A DNA stretch of 62,847 nt, filler included, from Reclinomonas americana ATCC 50394 (lineage: Eukaryota), in NCBI GenBank assembly GCA_048213135.1. It is 14 parts of 14 records of this genome, joined end to end, with 100 filler letters (N's around TTAATTAATTAA, not from the genome) between each part and the next. Parts side by side here need not be neighbours in the genome. Positions count along the whole stretch, not along the records: positions 12,667 to 16,211 come from AFZH01020660.1; positions 16,312 to 29,121 come from AFZH01020661.1; 12 more parts are not named here. The stretch is one strand, 5' to 3'. Below are positions 12,854 to 28,100 of the stretch, in pieces. The first letter of the stretch is position 1. The number at the start of each line of letters is the position of its first letter. The position numbers were made by a program, and so were the translations under genes. The notes beneath the pieces are model-generated. The model was given only the letters and a program-made list of their open reading frames with translations, had not been told where the DNA came from and ran no database searches.

Positions 12854-15800
12854 GCAGCAATAGTCAGCGTCTTGTCATACGTTCCACCCGCTCCATCGTC
12901 AACTCGCACAATCACCACCAGATCGCCACCAGTCGCCCCACCGGCTCCACTGAGTCGCAGCTGGTTTCCACTGATGTTAAACGCAGCAGCATCGGCGCCG
13001 CCCACAATGGTGTACGTGTACGTCTGACAGCAGTTGCTGTCCACGGCCGACAACACTCCAATAACGGCATTCATCGCCGCAGGAATCGCATACTTGGCCG
13101 AACTGATCGTCACATCACTCGGCGCGACATTTGCTACGGGAGACAAGAGCAGCAGTGTCAGTAGTATGTCATTCGTAAGCACCGCCGCGTTATCGTGTCA
13201 TTGACTCACCCTCTTGAATGGAAAACATCTTGGAGAATGTCAGTCCGGCTGCATCAGTCACTGTCACTGTGAAGCTCAGCGCTCCCGAAGTTCCTGCATT
13301 CGTCACTCGCAGCTGATTGCCGACAATGTCCACTGGCGACATCGGTGGCACAGAAAACACGTACGTGTCCGTCGAGTTGCCGTCTACTGCCACAAGCGAT
13401 CCAATCATCACGCTTCCGGTGGCTGTCGGCGGAAGGTACGTGAGTCCAGTGATCGTGATGTCCGTCGGGGCCGTTGGTGCTGCGAAATCAAACAGGGAGA
13501 GCCGTGAGCGCTCTAATATTGCAAAACACTGTACTGCTCACACACACGCCCAACGCAACTATCCACGACTGTGAATAGCTTGTCCACTGTCGCGCCACCG
13601 CTGTCTTGAGCACGTACAATCACTCGCAGACTCGACCCTCGCTGGCCAGCCGCAGTGATGCGCAGCGTGGTTCCAGCAATGTTGAAGGCATCCATATCCG
13701 CACCGCCCACCACGCTCAGCACGTGCGAGTCTCCGACGTTGGCGTCGACCACAGAAAGCGAGCCGACCACAACATTTACCGCGCCTGTCGCCGCCGTGTA
13801 CGTGTTGGCCGACAGCGAGATATCGGTGGGTGCCACGTTGGCTGCATCGAGTAGGAGAATTAGTTCACGACCCTCCACTCTGGTTCTCATTACCAACACA
13901 CACCTTCGTTGATAGTGAATGTCTTTGCAAACGTGCCGCCGTGCAGATCATCCGCCTGGATGCGCACTTGCAGATTGTTGCCCGTCAAGCCGACCACCGC
14001 CGATCGCAGTTCATTGCCGACGATTGCAAACTTCGCCTGATCGGCGCCGCCCACAATCGTGTACACGAACGACTGACAGCAATTGTCGTCCACTGTGCCC
14101 AGCAAGCCGACGGTCGCACCTGTGGCGAGTGGTGGTACGTAGCGGGTCGTCGACAGCGCAATGTCCGTCGGCGCTACGTTGGCTGCGTCGAGAGGAAAAC
14201 GGTTTGTGTGAGCCGGCCACTTGGAAAATTGCAAGCGATTCTGTGGTGGCATAAACCTTGATTGACAGTCAACGTCTTAAAGAACGCGTTACCGGAGCTG
14301 TCGGTGACTCGCACAGTCACTTGCAGACCGTCGCCCGCAACCTGCGGATTGCGCAGCACCAGGTTCACCCCAACAATATCGAACAGGGCGCCATCTGCGC
14401 CGCCGAAAATTTGAAACGTGAAAGTCTCCGAAGCATTGCTATCCGCAGCCGACAGCACGCCGACGACGACGTTGGTCAGTCCAGTCGCCGGTACATACTG
14501 TGCCGCCGTCAGAATGATGTCGGTTGGCGCGACGGACACTGTGAACGCATACACAGACTACGAATTAGCCCGTCTGCACAGCCAGTTGCACTCCTCCACC
14601 TGCACCACAAGCTCACCGCCGCTGATGGTAAACAGCTGTGCATAGGTCGCTCCGCCTGCATCTGCGGTCTGCACGGCAACCTTCAGATTGTTGCCGCGCT
14701 GGCCAGCCGCCACGAACCGGAGCTGGGAATTGGCAATCTCAAACAGCGCACTGTCTACACCGCCGACAATCTGGTACATGAACGAGTCGCCTGTATTCGC
14801 ATCTGTGGCCGACAGAGTGCCGATCACAGCATGTGCGGCACCGGTTGGAGGCGTGTATGTGGTTGACGACAGGCTCAGCGCGGTGGGTGCGACATTCCCT
14901 GTGGCGTTGAGTTGGAGGGAAACATTAGTATTGTGTGCTTCGACAAGAAATTCTTGTGTAGGAGTGCTTGAGCGAGTACGCAACTCTCCAGAATCGTAAA
15001 CGTCTTGTCAAAGGTGCCACCCATCGCATCAGTCGCGCGCACCGTAACGCTCAGGTTCGTTCCCGACTGACCGGCCGAGAGCAGCACGAGGTAGGAATCC
15101 GCAATGCCGAACAGTGCAGAATTCGCACCACCCACGACAGAATACGTAAAGGTCTTGGCCATGTTGCTGCACACAACACTCAGGCTGCCGACAACGACAT
15201 TTTGCGTGGCAGTCGGTGGCGTGTACTGATTGTTCGACAACAGTATGTCGGTCGCGTTCCCGTTGCCTGAATACTCACCAGAATGAACATCACTTGCACA
15301 GAGTGCGCTCTTGCAAGCACATTCACGCACACACACACACACACACACCTTCGGAGACAAGGAACGTCTGTCGGTACGTGCCTCCTTGGCCATCGTCCAC
15401 CTGCACCTCTACTTCGAGATTGTTGCCCGTCTGGCCGGCTGCAGTCAGCCGCAGTTGCGACCCAGAAATGTTGAACAGCGCCTGCTGTGCCCCTCCGGTA
15501 ATCGTGTACGTGTACGTCTGACAGCAGTTTTGGTCCACTGCACTCAATATTCCCACCACCACATTCGGCACGGCGGTTGGCGACGTGTAACTGGTACTCG
15601 TCATATTGATCCACGTAGGTGGCGCGTTCGCTGAGCAAGAAACACGAGGAAAGTGAGGACCGGGCACTCAACCATCATCTTCGCTTCATATGCGTACCTT
15701 GATTGATTACAAAGCTCTTCGTGTACTGCAGTCCACTCGAATCTGTCACTTGCACGCTCACCTGCATGCCAGTGCTCGACGTGCCTGCCGATCGCAGCAC

Positions 15801-16048
15801 GAGACTGCTTCCGACAATATCAAAGGCCGCAGCATCGGCGCCGCCCACAATTGCGTAGGTGAACGTTTCTTGCGTGTTGCTGTCTGCTGGTGTCAACACG
15901 CCTACCACAGTATTGCTGGACACTGTCGGCACCGTGTATGTTGTGCTCGATAGCGTGATGTCGGTCGGAGCAGTCGGAACTGTGACAACGATACGCCATA
16001 TATACACGGATGAGCATCTGGTCTACAGCAGCCGCGAGAGATAGGGAC

Positions 16049-16106
<58 letters not shown>

Positions 16107-19100
16107 GAGAACAACGACGACGTACGTACGTACGACGAATACGTACTTACTACTAACGTCTGTCGTCGTACGTACACGTCCGTCCGTTCGGTCCGTACAG
16201 CGAGTCGACAANNNNNNNNNNNNNNNNNNNNNNNNNNNNNNNNNNNNNNNNNNNNTTAATTAATTAANNNNNNNNNNNNNNNNNNNNNNNNNNNNNNNNN
16301 NNNNNNNNNNNGAGAGAGAGAGAGAGAGCAATGAACAACACACCGTCGTGTACGGCAAATGTCTTATCAAACGTGGCCCCGCTGCTGTCGGTAGCACGAA
16401 CTGTCACGCTGAGGTTCGATCCCGTCTGCCCACCAGACGACAAAACCAACTGGGATCCGACAATGCCGAATACTGCAGGCGAGTTGGGGTCCGGAACGAT
16501 CGAGTAGGTTACAGAGTCACCCGAGTTTGCATCCGTGGCACTAAGCGTTCCCACCACTGTATTTGCTGCGACTGTCGGCGACGTGTATGTTGTGGTAGAC
16601 AGCTGAATGTCCGTTGGTGGAACATTCCCTAGTATCCAGCACGCAGCGTGAGCACAGAGCATGCGAGGAAGAGCCGACACAGACAAGCAGGCGATGACGA
16701 AACTCTCGTTGAGTGTCAGAGTCTTCGACACCGACCCTCCATTCCCATCATTGGCAGTGATGGTTACCTGCAGACCGTTGCCCGACACGCCACCGACTGC
16801 AGCACCTGCCACCAGCTGATTTCCTACAATAGCAAACTTGGCGCTGTCGCTTCCGCCGGTGATGGAGTACGTAAACGACTGGCAGCAGTTGGCGTCCGTT
16901 GTCGACAGCGTACAGATCGCGGTGCCGGCAGCTACCGGTGGTGTAAATGTTGCTGCGCTACAGCTGACACTGCTCGGTGGCACATTGGCTGCGATCGCGT
17001 GTGAGGTGGCTTATTGGTCTGCAGCACGCAAACACAGCAAGACAACAACGGCGACGACGCGCACGCACGCACCTTCGTTGACTGTGAACGTCTTGTCGAA
17101 TGTGTTGCCGTTTCCGTCTGTGACGCGCACAGTCACGGAGAGTGCGTTGCCGGCTTGACTGGCATCGTGCAGCAACAGTTGATTTCCGTTGACGATGGAG
17201 AATTGCGCTGCGTTGCCACCGGGCACGATCGAAAAGGTGAGCGAGTCAGTTTGGTTGGCGTCCGCGCCACTCAACACGCCGACAACAGTATCCGTGGTCG
17301 ATGTCGGAGGCACATACGTGAGCGAAGTCAGCGTAATGTCCGTCGGAGGCTGTGGCACTGCAGCGATCATAGACACTCTTCAGTCAGAGACCTAATGATC
17401 GCCAAGTAGCGTGCAGAGAAACGCAACAATCGGCGATGCTGAAGGTCTTCTCATAGTACAGTCCGCCAGCTCCGTTGTCCGTCGTGCGAACAGTGACCGA
17501 CAGAGGACCGCGGGTGCCCACGGCAGAGATTCGCAGCTGATTACCCATGATGGAAAAGAGACCGGCATCCACACCGCCAACAATGCTGTATGTGTGTGCC
17601 TGGCAGCAGTTCCCGTCGGTTGTCGACAATACGCCGATCACAGTATGTGCCACTGCCGTGGGCGGAACGTATGTCCGATTCGACAGCACCAAATCAGTGG
17701 GTGCCACATTCACTGCGTGCATCAAAAGTCGAAGGCTTGTGAGCACAGAGATTTTCTTGAGGTACGCGGCAGCAGGATGCGAGTGGAAGCACATACCTTC
17801 GTTCAACACAAAGGTCTTGCTCACGGTACCCCCCTGCTGGTCGCTGGCTTGTATGATCACTTGAAGTCCGTTGCCTGTGAGGTCGCTCACTGCACTGCGA
17901 AGCTTATTGCCCACAATCTCAAACTTGCCGGCATCGGTGCCGCCCACGATCGACAACACCGCCGTCTGACAGCAGTTGGCGTCCACCATGGTGAGTGTCG
18001 ACAGCACATCGTGCAACCCCACATGTGGCAGGTACACGAGTGACGATGCAACAATGTTCGTCGGTTGCACATTTGCTGTGTAGAGCACGAGTCGCATCAC
18101 GTGTTGAGAACTCGGAAGGCCAGCAAAAGAGCAGGGAAAGTGATCCACACGAACCTTCGTTGATCACAAACAGTTCGTCAACATACAGATTGCCGCTGTC
18201 ACGTGCACGAATCATGACCTGAAGGTTGTTGCCGGTTTGTCCAGCATTGGTGAGCTGCAGAATTGCGCCAGAGATGTTGAAGAGTGCCTGGTGGGCGCCG
18301 CCCACAATAGAGAAGGTTGCCGTCTCATTGCTATTGACGTCTATCATAGCCAGTGTGCCGACAGCCACGTTGGCACCGCCCGTCGGTGGCGAGTACGTCG
18401 TGTTGGAGAGCGCGATGTCAGTCGGAGCGACATTGCCTGCATCAAACGTGTTGTGTCAGTAAGACACGATAAGAACAACCAACACTGGGGACGGATGCGC
18501 GCACTTTCGCTGATGGTCAGCAGTTGGCTAAATACTCCTCCATGACCGTCGTCCACCTGGACCTGGACTTGCAAGTTGTTGCCGCTCAGACCCGGTGCAC
18601 CGTTCGCTACAACGAGCTGGTTCCCCACAATCGAAAACCGTGCGGGTGTGGCATCCTGCACAATGGTGTACGTGTACGACTGGCAGCAATTGGTATCGGT
18701 CGTGCTGAGTATCCCCACAACTGTGCCAGCAGGCGCGGGAACAGGCCGCAGCTGCAAAGACGACAGCGAGATCGCCGTGGGTGGTGTGTTGGCTGCATGC
18801 GACACCAAGCATCAGTACCGCTCGAACGATCTGCACAACAATCTCTGATCCAACAACGCACCTTCGTTCAGAACCACAGTCTGGTCAAACGTGTTTCCCG
18901 CGCCATCGTCAGCACGAATCGTCACAGTCTGGTTGTCGCCAGTCAGGGACGTCACATTCGATCGCAATTCGTTGCCAACAATCACAAAATTGCCAGCTGC
19001 AGGCCCGCCCACAATTGTGTACGAGTACGATTGACAGCAGTTGACACCAACTGGCGAGAGCGTTGCGACCACGCTGTTCAGCGAAGTGCCAGGAGAGAAT

Positions 19101-22100
19101 GTGCTGGCCGATAGCGCGATACTCGACACCGGCAGTACTTCTGCCTCGAATATGGTGAGTGCGAAGAGAGAATGGAAAACCTGACCAGCCGGGCGCCGAA
19201 CCTTCGTTGATGTAGAATGTTTTCTGAAACACGCTAAAGCCGTCGTTCACCCGCACCGTCACCTCAAGGTTCGATCCAGTCAGTCCGCCAGCAGCACGAG
19301 CCACCAACATATTGCCGGCAACTGTAAATTTGTCAAAGTCCGCTCCACCAACCACGCTGAATGTCGGCGTCTGGCAACAGTTGGCGTCCACCATACTCAA
19401 CGTGCCAATTACTGCATTCATCGCCGCTGGTGGAACATACGTGTTACTTGACAGCACGATGTCTGTCGGCACAGCGTTGACTGACAACGCCAGTAAAAGC
19501 CAGTGAGCATGGCGGATATGCAGACAAACACGCACTGCGCGACTGCGTGAAAACCAGACTCACCCTCATTGACGATGAACGACTTGTCGTAATACACCGA
19601 TGCCATTCCATTGACGGCCGCACGGACAATTACCTGCAATCCGTTGCCGTTGACGCCAGCGTTGGTGATGCGCAGCTGTGTCCCAGATACGTTGAACAGG
19701 ATGCTATTGATGCCGCCCGCAACCGAAAATGTGTATGTCCGTCCATTGACACCGCCCAGCACGGCGAGAGTGCCGACCACCAGGTTCGCGGTCGATGGCG
19801 GCATATAAGTCACGCCCGTCAAAGTGACGTCAACCGCAGTCGTGACTGGCAAGATGATTACATCGACCAAACATCAGCAACTCATACAACAAATAAACAG
19901 GAGAGCGCGGCTATAAACCATCATTAATCGAGAACGTCTTGTCAAACGTCAACATCCCGGCGCCACTGTCCGTCACCCGGACAATAACCGACAGTGCACT
20001 GCCAGTGACACCCGCGTTTGTCACGCGAAGCTGCGTGCCGGAAATGTTGAACAGATTTCCGACCGCGCCACCAACGATAGTGAAAATAAACATTTGACCG
20101 CTGTTTGCGTCAACTGCACCAAGAATGCCGACGACAACATTGGCTGTCGATGGCGCCGCGAACATGTTATTCGACAGTGTAATGTCCGCCGGCGCCACAT
20201 TTGCTGCGCGAGACATAGCAAATCGTCAGCGTTCGTCACATGTGAGATGAACAAGATAGTTCCATCGACAAACCCTCATTGATGGTGAACGCCTTCTCGA
20301 AAAATAACAACCCACGATCAGTTGACCGTACAGTCACAGCCAAGCCGGTGCCGTTCTGTCCACCCAATGTGATGCGCAGCTGGTTGCCTACGACGTTGAA
20401 CATGGCAGCACTTGCGCCGCCAACGATGGTGTACGAAAATGCTTCGTTCGAGTTCGCGTCGGTGGTCGACAGCGTGCCGATGACCATGTTGCTGCTGCTC
20501 GGCGGTACGTACGTCGAAGCTGACAGCACAATGTCGGTCGGCGCAACATTCGCTGCATGAAACAGAAAGCGCGCAAGTCAGAAATCATCATGGTGCTTTT
20601 CGACCGACTCTCACGTCCATTGCGTACCTTCGCTGATCACGAATGTCTTGTCAAACGTCAGCGACCCAGCACCACTGTCTGTTGCGCGTACCACGACTTG
20701 CAGTCGATCTCCACTCTGGCCAGCGACACCGAACCGCAACTGATTGCCAGCAACGTTGAACATACTACTGTCCGCGCCGCCAACAATCGCAAAAGTGAAT
20801 GTCTGGCCACTGTTCCTGTCGAACGCCGACAGCGTGCCCACTGCCATGTTGACTGCGGTGGGCGGCGAATACGAAGACGCAGAGAGAACAATGTCTGTCG
20901 GCGGCACATTCACTGGCACGAAGATACGAAGTTGGAAAAAGAGAGACTCCAAGCATTGCGCTTTCTCAGGCGTACCTTCGCTGATGGTAAACGTCTTGTC
21001 AAAGGACAGCAGGCCGAGCCCATTGTCCGTCGTCCGCACCGTCACTTGCAGTCCAGTACCATTCTGACCAGCAGCGATGAAACGAAGCTGCGTGCCAGCA
21101 ATGTTGAACTTGACTGCGTCCGCACCACCCACAATGGTGTACGTGAATGACTGCCCCGAGTTTGCATCCGTGGTCGACAGCACGCCCACGGTCATGTCCA
21201 CGGCTGTCGGCGGAGAGTACATTGTTGATGACAGAAAGATATTGGTCGGAGCGACGTTAACTGCGTCGATGACGAGGAAATAATGAGGAGTTTCATCAAA
21301 CGCATAGAGGAAATGACGATCGCGGACTGCGCATGCGACGCAACTCTCGTTGATAATGAATGTCCTGTCAAAGAATAGCGATCCGCTACCATTGTCGGTG
21401 GTGCGAACAGTAACCACCAAGCCATCGCCTGTCTGCCCGGCAGCACTGATGCGTAGTTGGTTGCCAAGAATGTTGAATAGTGCCGCATTCGCACCGCCCA
21501 CAATTGTGTAGGTAAAAGTCTGGCAAGAGTTGACATCAGTCGTCGACAGGCTGCCAACAATCATGTTGGCCGTGCTCGGGGGCGCGTAGGCTGCAACCGA
21601 GAGAGCGATATCCGAGGGTGCGACATTGACTGCAAAGCCGCAAGCCAATTAGTGAACAACTCGAAGTAGACATACGCATGTGCACAATACAACGCACCCT
21701 CGTCGACTGTGAACATTTTGTCGAAGAACAGCGATCCGCTGCCGCTGTCCGTTGCCCGTACAATCACCTGGTACCCGTTGCCGGTGACGCCGGCTGCCGA
21801 GATGCGCAGCTGAGCGCCAGAGATGTTAAACATGGCTGCATCCGTTCCGCCGACAATAGTGTACGAGAAGGACTGCGCCGAGTTGGCGTCCGTGGTCGAC
21901 AGAGTACCGACAACAAGGTTTGCAGAGGCAGATGGTGGCGTATACGTTGTCGATGACACCACAATGTCCGTCGGGGCCACATTCACTGCACAACAGAAAT
22001 CAGCGTGCGAATCGCGAACAGCAGCAAGCGGCGGCAGCGAGAAAAGAAACAGACCCTCGTTGATGGTAAATGTCTTGTCAAAAGACAGTGGCCCGCTGCC

Positions 22101-25100
22101 ATTGTCCGTCGATCGCACAATCACCACAAGTCCCGTTCCATTCGTTCCGGCTGATGTGATGCGTAGCTGCGCACCGGAGATGTTGAACATGGCTGCGTTT
22201 GTTCCACCGACGATTGTGTACGTGAATGACTGGCCCGAATTCGCGTCCGTTGTCGACAGCGTGCCCACCACAAGGTTGGCAGTAGTCGGCGGTGTGTATG
22301 TCGTGGCCGAGAGCACTATGTCGGTCGGTGCCACATTCACTGTACAGCAGTAGAGTGGTGGGGAGATGAGAGCACATGTGACCTCACAAAGAGAAAATGC
22401 ACAGAAAGCACACCTTCGTTGATGGTAAAAGACTTGTCGAAGAACAAGGCCGGAGCACCATCGTCAGCGGTGCGCACGGTCACCACCAACCCGGATCCAT
22501 TCTGTCCTGCTACTGTCATCCGTAGCTGCGCGCCAGAAATGTTGAACGCGGCCGCGTTCGATCCACCCACAATCGTATACGTGAATGACTGGTCCGTGTT
22601 CTTGTCTATGGTCGACAAGTTGCCAACTACCATGTTGACCGTGGTCGGTGGCACGTACGCTGCTGAGGATAGCAGCAGGTCACTTGGCGCGACATTCGCT
22701 GCCAGAGAGAGCAAAGAAAGAAACAGACGACGTTGAGCGACTGGCAGAACGCGATTAAGCAGTCGACAACCGCATCCATGCACCTTCGTTGATAGTGAAC
22801 GACTTCTCAAAAAACTGGGATCCGACGCCACTGTCGGTTGACCGTACTGTCACGGACAGGTTGCTACCGCTCTGATTGGCGCCGGTGATGCGCAGTTGCG
22901 AGCCAGAGATGTTGAATAGGGACGCACTCGCTCCACCAACAATGGCGTAGGTGAACGACTGTCCCACATTGGCGTCTGTTGTTGACAGAGTGCCAACCAC
23001 AAGGTTGGCCGTTGTCGGCGGTGTGTATGTCGTCGACGACAACGCAATGTCCGTCGGCGCTACGTTGACTGCGCATGAGTGAAGAGAGTCAGTGAATGTG
23101 AGTAATGAGATACACCTGACAGGATGAAGACAAACCCTCATCGATCGTGAGTGCTCGATCAACATACAGCGCAGGCGCCCCACTGTCCGTGACGCGCACA
23201 ATCACTTGCAGATTGCTGCCGGTTCCGCCGGCGGCAGTCAGGCGCAACTGATTTCCAGAAACGTGAAAGAGTGCCGCGCTGACACCGCCGACAATAGAGA
23301 AGGTGTGCGACTGGCAACAGTTCACATCCACTACCGACATGGTGCCGACAACCATGTTGGCAGTTGATGGAGAAAAATATGTCGTTGCGGTGATGGAAAT
23401 GCTTGACGGGGAAACATTGACTGAACAGCAAAACGAACGTGAGACTCTCCATACCCACCCATCATGAATGAACGAATACGCACCTTCGTTGACAGTGAAC
23501 GTCTTGTCGAAGAATAGTGACCCGCTACCATTGTCCGTCGATCGCACTATCACCACCAGCCCTGTTCCGTTCTGCCCGGCTGTCGTGATGCGCAGCTGCG
23601 CGCCAGAGACATTGAACATGGCCGCACTTGCTCCACCCACAATCGAGTATGTGAACGACTGCCCCGAGTTCGCATCTGCTGTCGAAAAAGTTCCGACGAC
23701 AAGATTTGCAGTAGTAGGTGGCGTATACGTCGTCGATGACAGCACAATGTCGGTTGGGGACACATTGACTGCGCATTGACGCAGATGATTTAGGCTGCGA
23801 AGGTACAACGAAGAACGATGCCAGTTGCCGTACCTTCGTTAATGACTAGGGTCTTGTCGAAGAAAAGCGATCCGATGCCACTATCGGTGGTGCGGACGAT
23901 AATCATCAGTCCATTGCCCGTCTGTCCAGCCGCGGTGATGCGCAGCTGGTCGCCGGAGATGTTGAACAAGGCAGCATTCGCTCCGCCCACAATCGTGTAC
24001 GTGTACGTCTGGCACGAATTCGCGTCCGTCGTTGACAGCGAACCAACAACCATATTAGGTATGGTCGGCGGCGTATACGCTGCCATTGATATCGTGATGT
24101 CCGTGGGCGTGACATTGGCTGCAATCGCGTGTCCTCATGATGAGTGGCCATGCACAAACATAGCAAAAAGCCTACAAACACGCACCTTCGTTGATCGTAA
24201 ATGTCTTCTCGAAAAAAAGCGACCCATTGCCATCGTCCGTCGATCGTACCGTCACCAGCAGCCCCGTTCCATTCTGCCCGGCTGTCGTGATGCGCAGTTG
24301 TGCACCAGAGATATTGAACATGGCTGCATTCGCGCCGCTCACAATCGTGTACGTGTATGTCTGGCACGAGTTGGCGTCCACGGTCGACAGCGAACCGACA
24401 ATCACATTGGCCGCGGTCGGCGGCAAGTACGTCACAGACGAAATCGCAATGTCCGTCGGCGCAACATTCACTACAGAAGAATGTGTTATCAACAGAGAAG
24501 CATACACGCACAAAGCAAGCAACTGACCTTCGTTGATCGTGAATGTCTTGTCAAAGTACAGTGATCCACTGCCACTGTCCGTCGTCCGCACAGTCACAAC
24601 AAGACCTGTTCCATTTTGCCCGGCTGTTGTAATGCGCAGCTGTGCGCCAGAGATGTTGAACATGGCCGCATTCGCTCCGCCCACAATCGTGTACGTGAAC
24701 GTCTGCGCCGAGTTGGCATCCGTCGTTGACAGGCTACCAATCACAAGATTGGCGGTGGTCGGTGGTGTATATGTCACCGACGAAAGCACAACGTCCGTCG
24801 GCGCAAGGTTCACTGCACACGACACGTACGTGAGACATATGATGAGTAAAGTCACTTGCAGATTGCTTGTGGCAACACACCTTCGTTGACTGTGAATGTC
24901 TTGTCGAAGAACAGCGATCCACTGCCGCTGTCAGTCGATCGCACGGTCACTTGATACCCATCACCGATGACACCCGCTGTTGCGATGCGCAGTTGCGCGC
25001 CAGAGATGTTGAACATGGCCGCATTCGCTCCACCAACAATTGTGTACGTGAATGTCTGCGCCGAGTTGGCGTCTGTCGTCGATAGGCTACCAATCACGAG

Positions 25101-28100
25101 ATTGGCAGTGGTTGGTGGTGTGTACGTCGTCGCCGACAGTGCAATGTCTGTCGGTGCGACATTCACTGAACAAAAGAAAACGAGCGAATGAGAACTCACA
25201 GATTGAAAACACGCATCTCCAAGACAGTACGAACCTTCGTTAATCGTAAATGTTTTGTCGAAGAACAGAGGTGATGCACTGGTGTCTGTCGACCGCACAA
25301 TCACCACCAAGCCAGTTCCATTCTGTCCCGCGGCGGTGATTCGCAGCTGCACGCCGGAAATGTTGAACATGGCGGCATTCGCTCCGCCCACGATTGTGTA
25401 CGTGAATGACTGGCCGGTGTTGGCGTCCGTTGTCGACAGCGTACCCACAACATGGTTGGCTGTGGTTGGCGGCACGTACATTGTTGTCGAAAGCGCGATG
25501 TCCGCCGGCGGGACGTTGACTGCAAAGAAGGGAAGCTATCAATGCTTGGAAAACAGAAGAAAAGCTAAGCGATTCCGTATCCGTCTCACTTTCGTTGATG
25601 ACAAGAGTCTTGTCAAAGAACAGCGATCCAGTGCCGCTATCGGTGGTGCGAACAACAACAACAAGTCCATCGCCTGTCTGTCCTGCTGCCGTGATGCGAA
25701 GCTGGTCGCCAAGAATGTTGAACAGAGCCGCATTCGCGCCACCCACAATCGTGTACGTGTATGTCTGGCACGAGTTGGCGTCTGTTGTCGACAGGTTACC
25801 CACAATCATGTTGGCTGTGGCGGGTGGTGTGTACGCTGCCACCGAGATGATGACATCCGTTGGCGCAATATTCGCTGTAGCAGCTCCAGTGAATACACCA
25901 CAGATGCTTACAACAGACTCCCACACGAATGGACACAGAGGAAAGAGAGCTCACTCGCACGCACCTTCGTTGATCGTGAATGTTTTGTCAAAGAACAGCG
26001 ATCCACTGCCACTATCCGTTGATCGAACAATCACCACCAGTCCGGTTCCATTTTGCCCAGCACCCGTGATGCGTAGCTGAGCACCTGAGATGTTGAACAT
26101 GGCTGCATTCGCGCCGCTCACAATCGTGTACGTGTATGTCTGACACGAGTTGACGTCCACGGTGGACAGCATACCAACAACGACATTAGCAGTCGTTGGT
26201 GGTGCATACGTCACCGACGAGAGAACAATGTCGGTTGGAGCAACGTTAACTGCAAACGAGATGAGCACACACACGAGCGAGCATGTCCACAGGCAAGAAA
26301 CAGACCCTCGTCGATCGTGAACGTCTTGTCGAAGAACAGCGATCCAGCGCCATTGTCTGTCGAACGCACAATCACCACCAGTCCTGTGCCGATCTGCCCT
26401 GCTGTTGTGATCCGCAGTTGTGCGCCAGAGATGTTGAACATGACTGCATCGGTTCCGCCAACAATTGTGTACGTGAACGACTGGGCCGAGTTGGCATCTA
26501 TTGTAGACAGCGTGCCGATAACGAGGTTGGCCGTGGTCGGTGGCGTGTACGTAGTTGACGACAGCGCAATATCTGCCGGCGCCAAGTTGACTGAAAGAGA
26601 AGCAAAAGCTGCTGAGACTCGACGAAATGCAGGACATTGCATTGGACAACTACGGAAAAACACACACCTTCGTTGATCGTAAACGTCTTGTCGAAGAACA
26701 AGGGCGACGTGGCACTATCAGTTGACCGAACAATCACAACAAGCCCGGTTCCATTCTGCCCAGCTGTCGTGATGCGCAGCTGCGCACCAGAGATGTTGAA
26801 CATGGCGGCATTCGCTCCGCCCACGATCGTGTACGTGAATGACTGCGCCGAGTTGCCGTCTGTTGTGGACAGAGTGCCGACAACAAGGTTGGCAGTGCTT
26901 GGCGGTGTATACATGGTCGTCGACAGAGTTACGTCCGTTGGTGGAAGATTGGCTGAAGAGAAAGAACACGACAACAACAGTGACCAAAATATCAAGGCGC
27001 GTGAGGACAGCAATGCGTGGCACAAGTGACACACCTTCGTTAATGACAAGCGTCTTGTCAAAGAACAGCGAGCTGCTACCGCTATCGGTGGTACGCACGA
27101 CGACCACCAGTCCGTTGCCGATTTGCCCTGCGGCCGTGATTCGCAACTTGTCGTCGAGAATGTTGAACAGGGCCGCATTCGCACCGCCCACAATCGTGTA
27201 CGTGTATGTCTGGCATGAGTTGGCATCTGTAGTCGAAAGAGTACCGACAACCATGTTGGCCGTAGTCGGCAACGCGTACTGTGTCGAGGACAGAACGATA
27301 TCCGTTGGCCCGACATTGGCTGCGAAAATTGACAGTGAGTAACTCCGTTCAGCTGATCGCAGACAAGCACACAGAAAATACATCGGTACAGCAACACGAT
27401 AAGTAGATATGCAAAAACGCACCCTCGTCGATGGTGAACGTCTTCTCGAAAAACAGCGATCCACTGCCGCTGTCCGTCGATCGTACAATGACCACCAAGC
27501 CAGTACCATTCTGTCCGGCTGTCGTGATGCACAGCTGCGCTCCAGAGATGTTGAACATGGTCGCATTCGCTCCACCAACAATCGTGTATGTGAATGTCTG
27601 CGCCGAGTTGGCGTCCGTGGTCGACAAAGTGCCAACAACAAGGTTGGCAGTTGTCGGCGGCATGTATGTCGCAGACGACAGCGAAATGTCAGTCGGGGTG
27701 ACATTCACTAGATGGCGCAACGAGAAAAGCGAATGACAGAGAATTAGTGAAAGGATCACGCAGAATCACCGTTGATCATGCACGTACCTTCATCAATCGT
27801 GAACGTCTTGTCAAAGAACAACGGCGATGCCCCGTTGTCCGTGGATCGCACTGTGACCACCAGCCCTGTTCCGTTCTGCCCGGCAACCATGATTCGCAGC
27901 TGCGCTCCAGAGATGTTGAACATGGCCGCATTCGCTCCGCCCACAATCGCGTATGTGAACGACTGGGTCGAGTTGGCGTCTGTCGTCGACAACGTGCCCA
28001 CAACGAGGTTGGCAGTGGTCGGCGGTGTGTACGTGGTCGCCGACAACGCAATATCGGTAGGCGCCACATTGACTATCGAGCGAAGGCCATAATTCTGTCA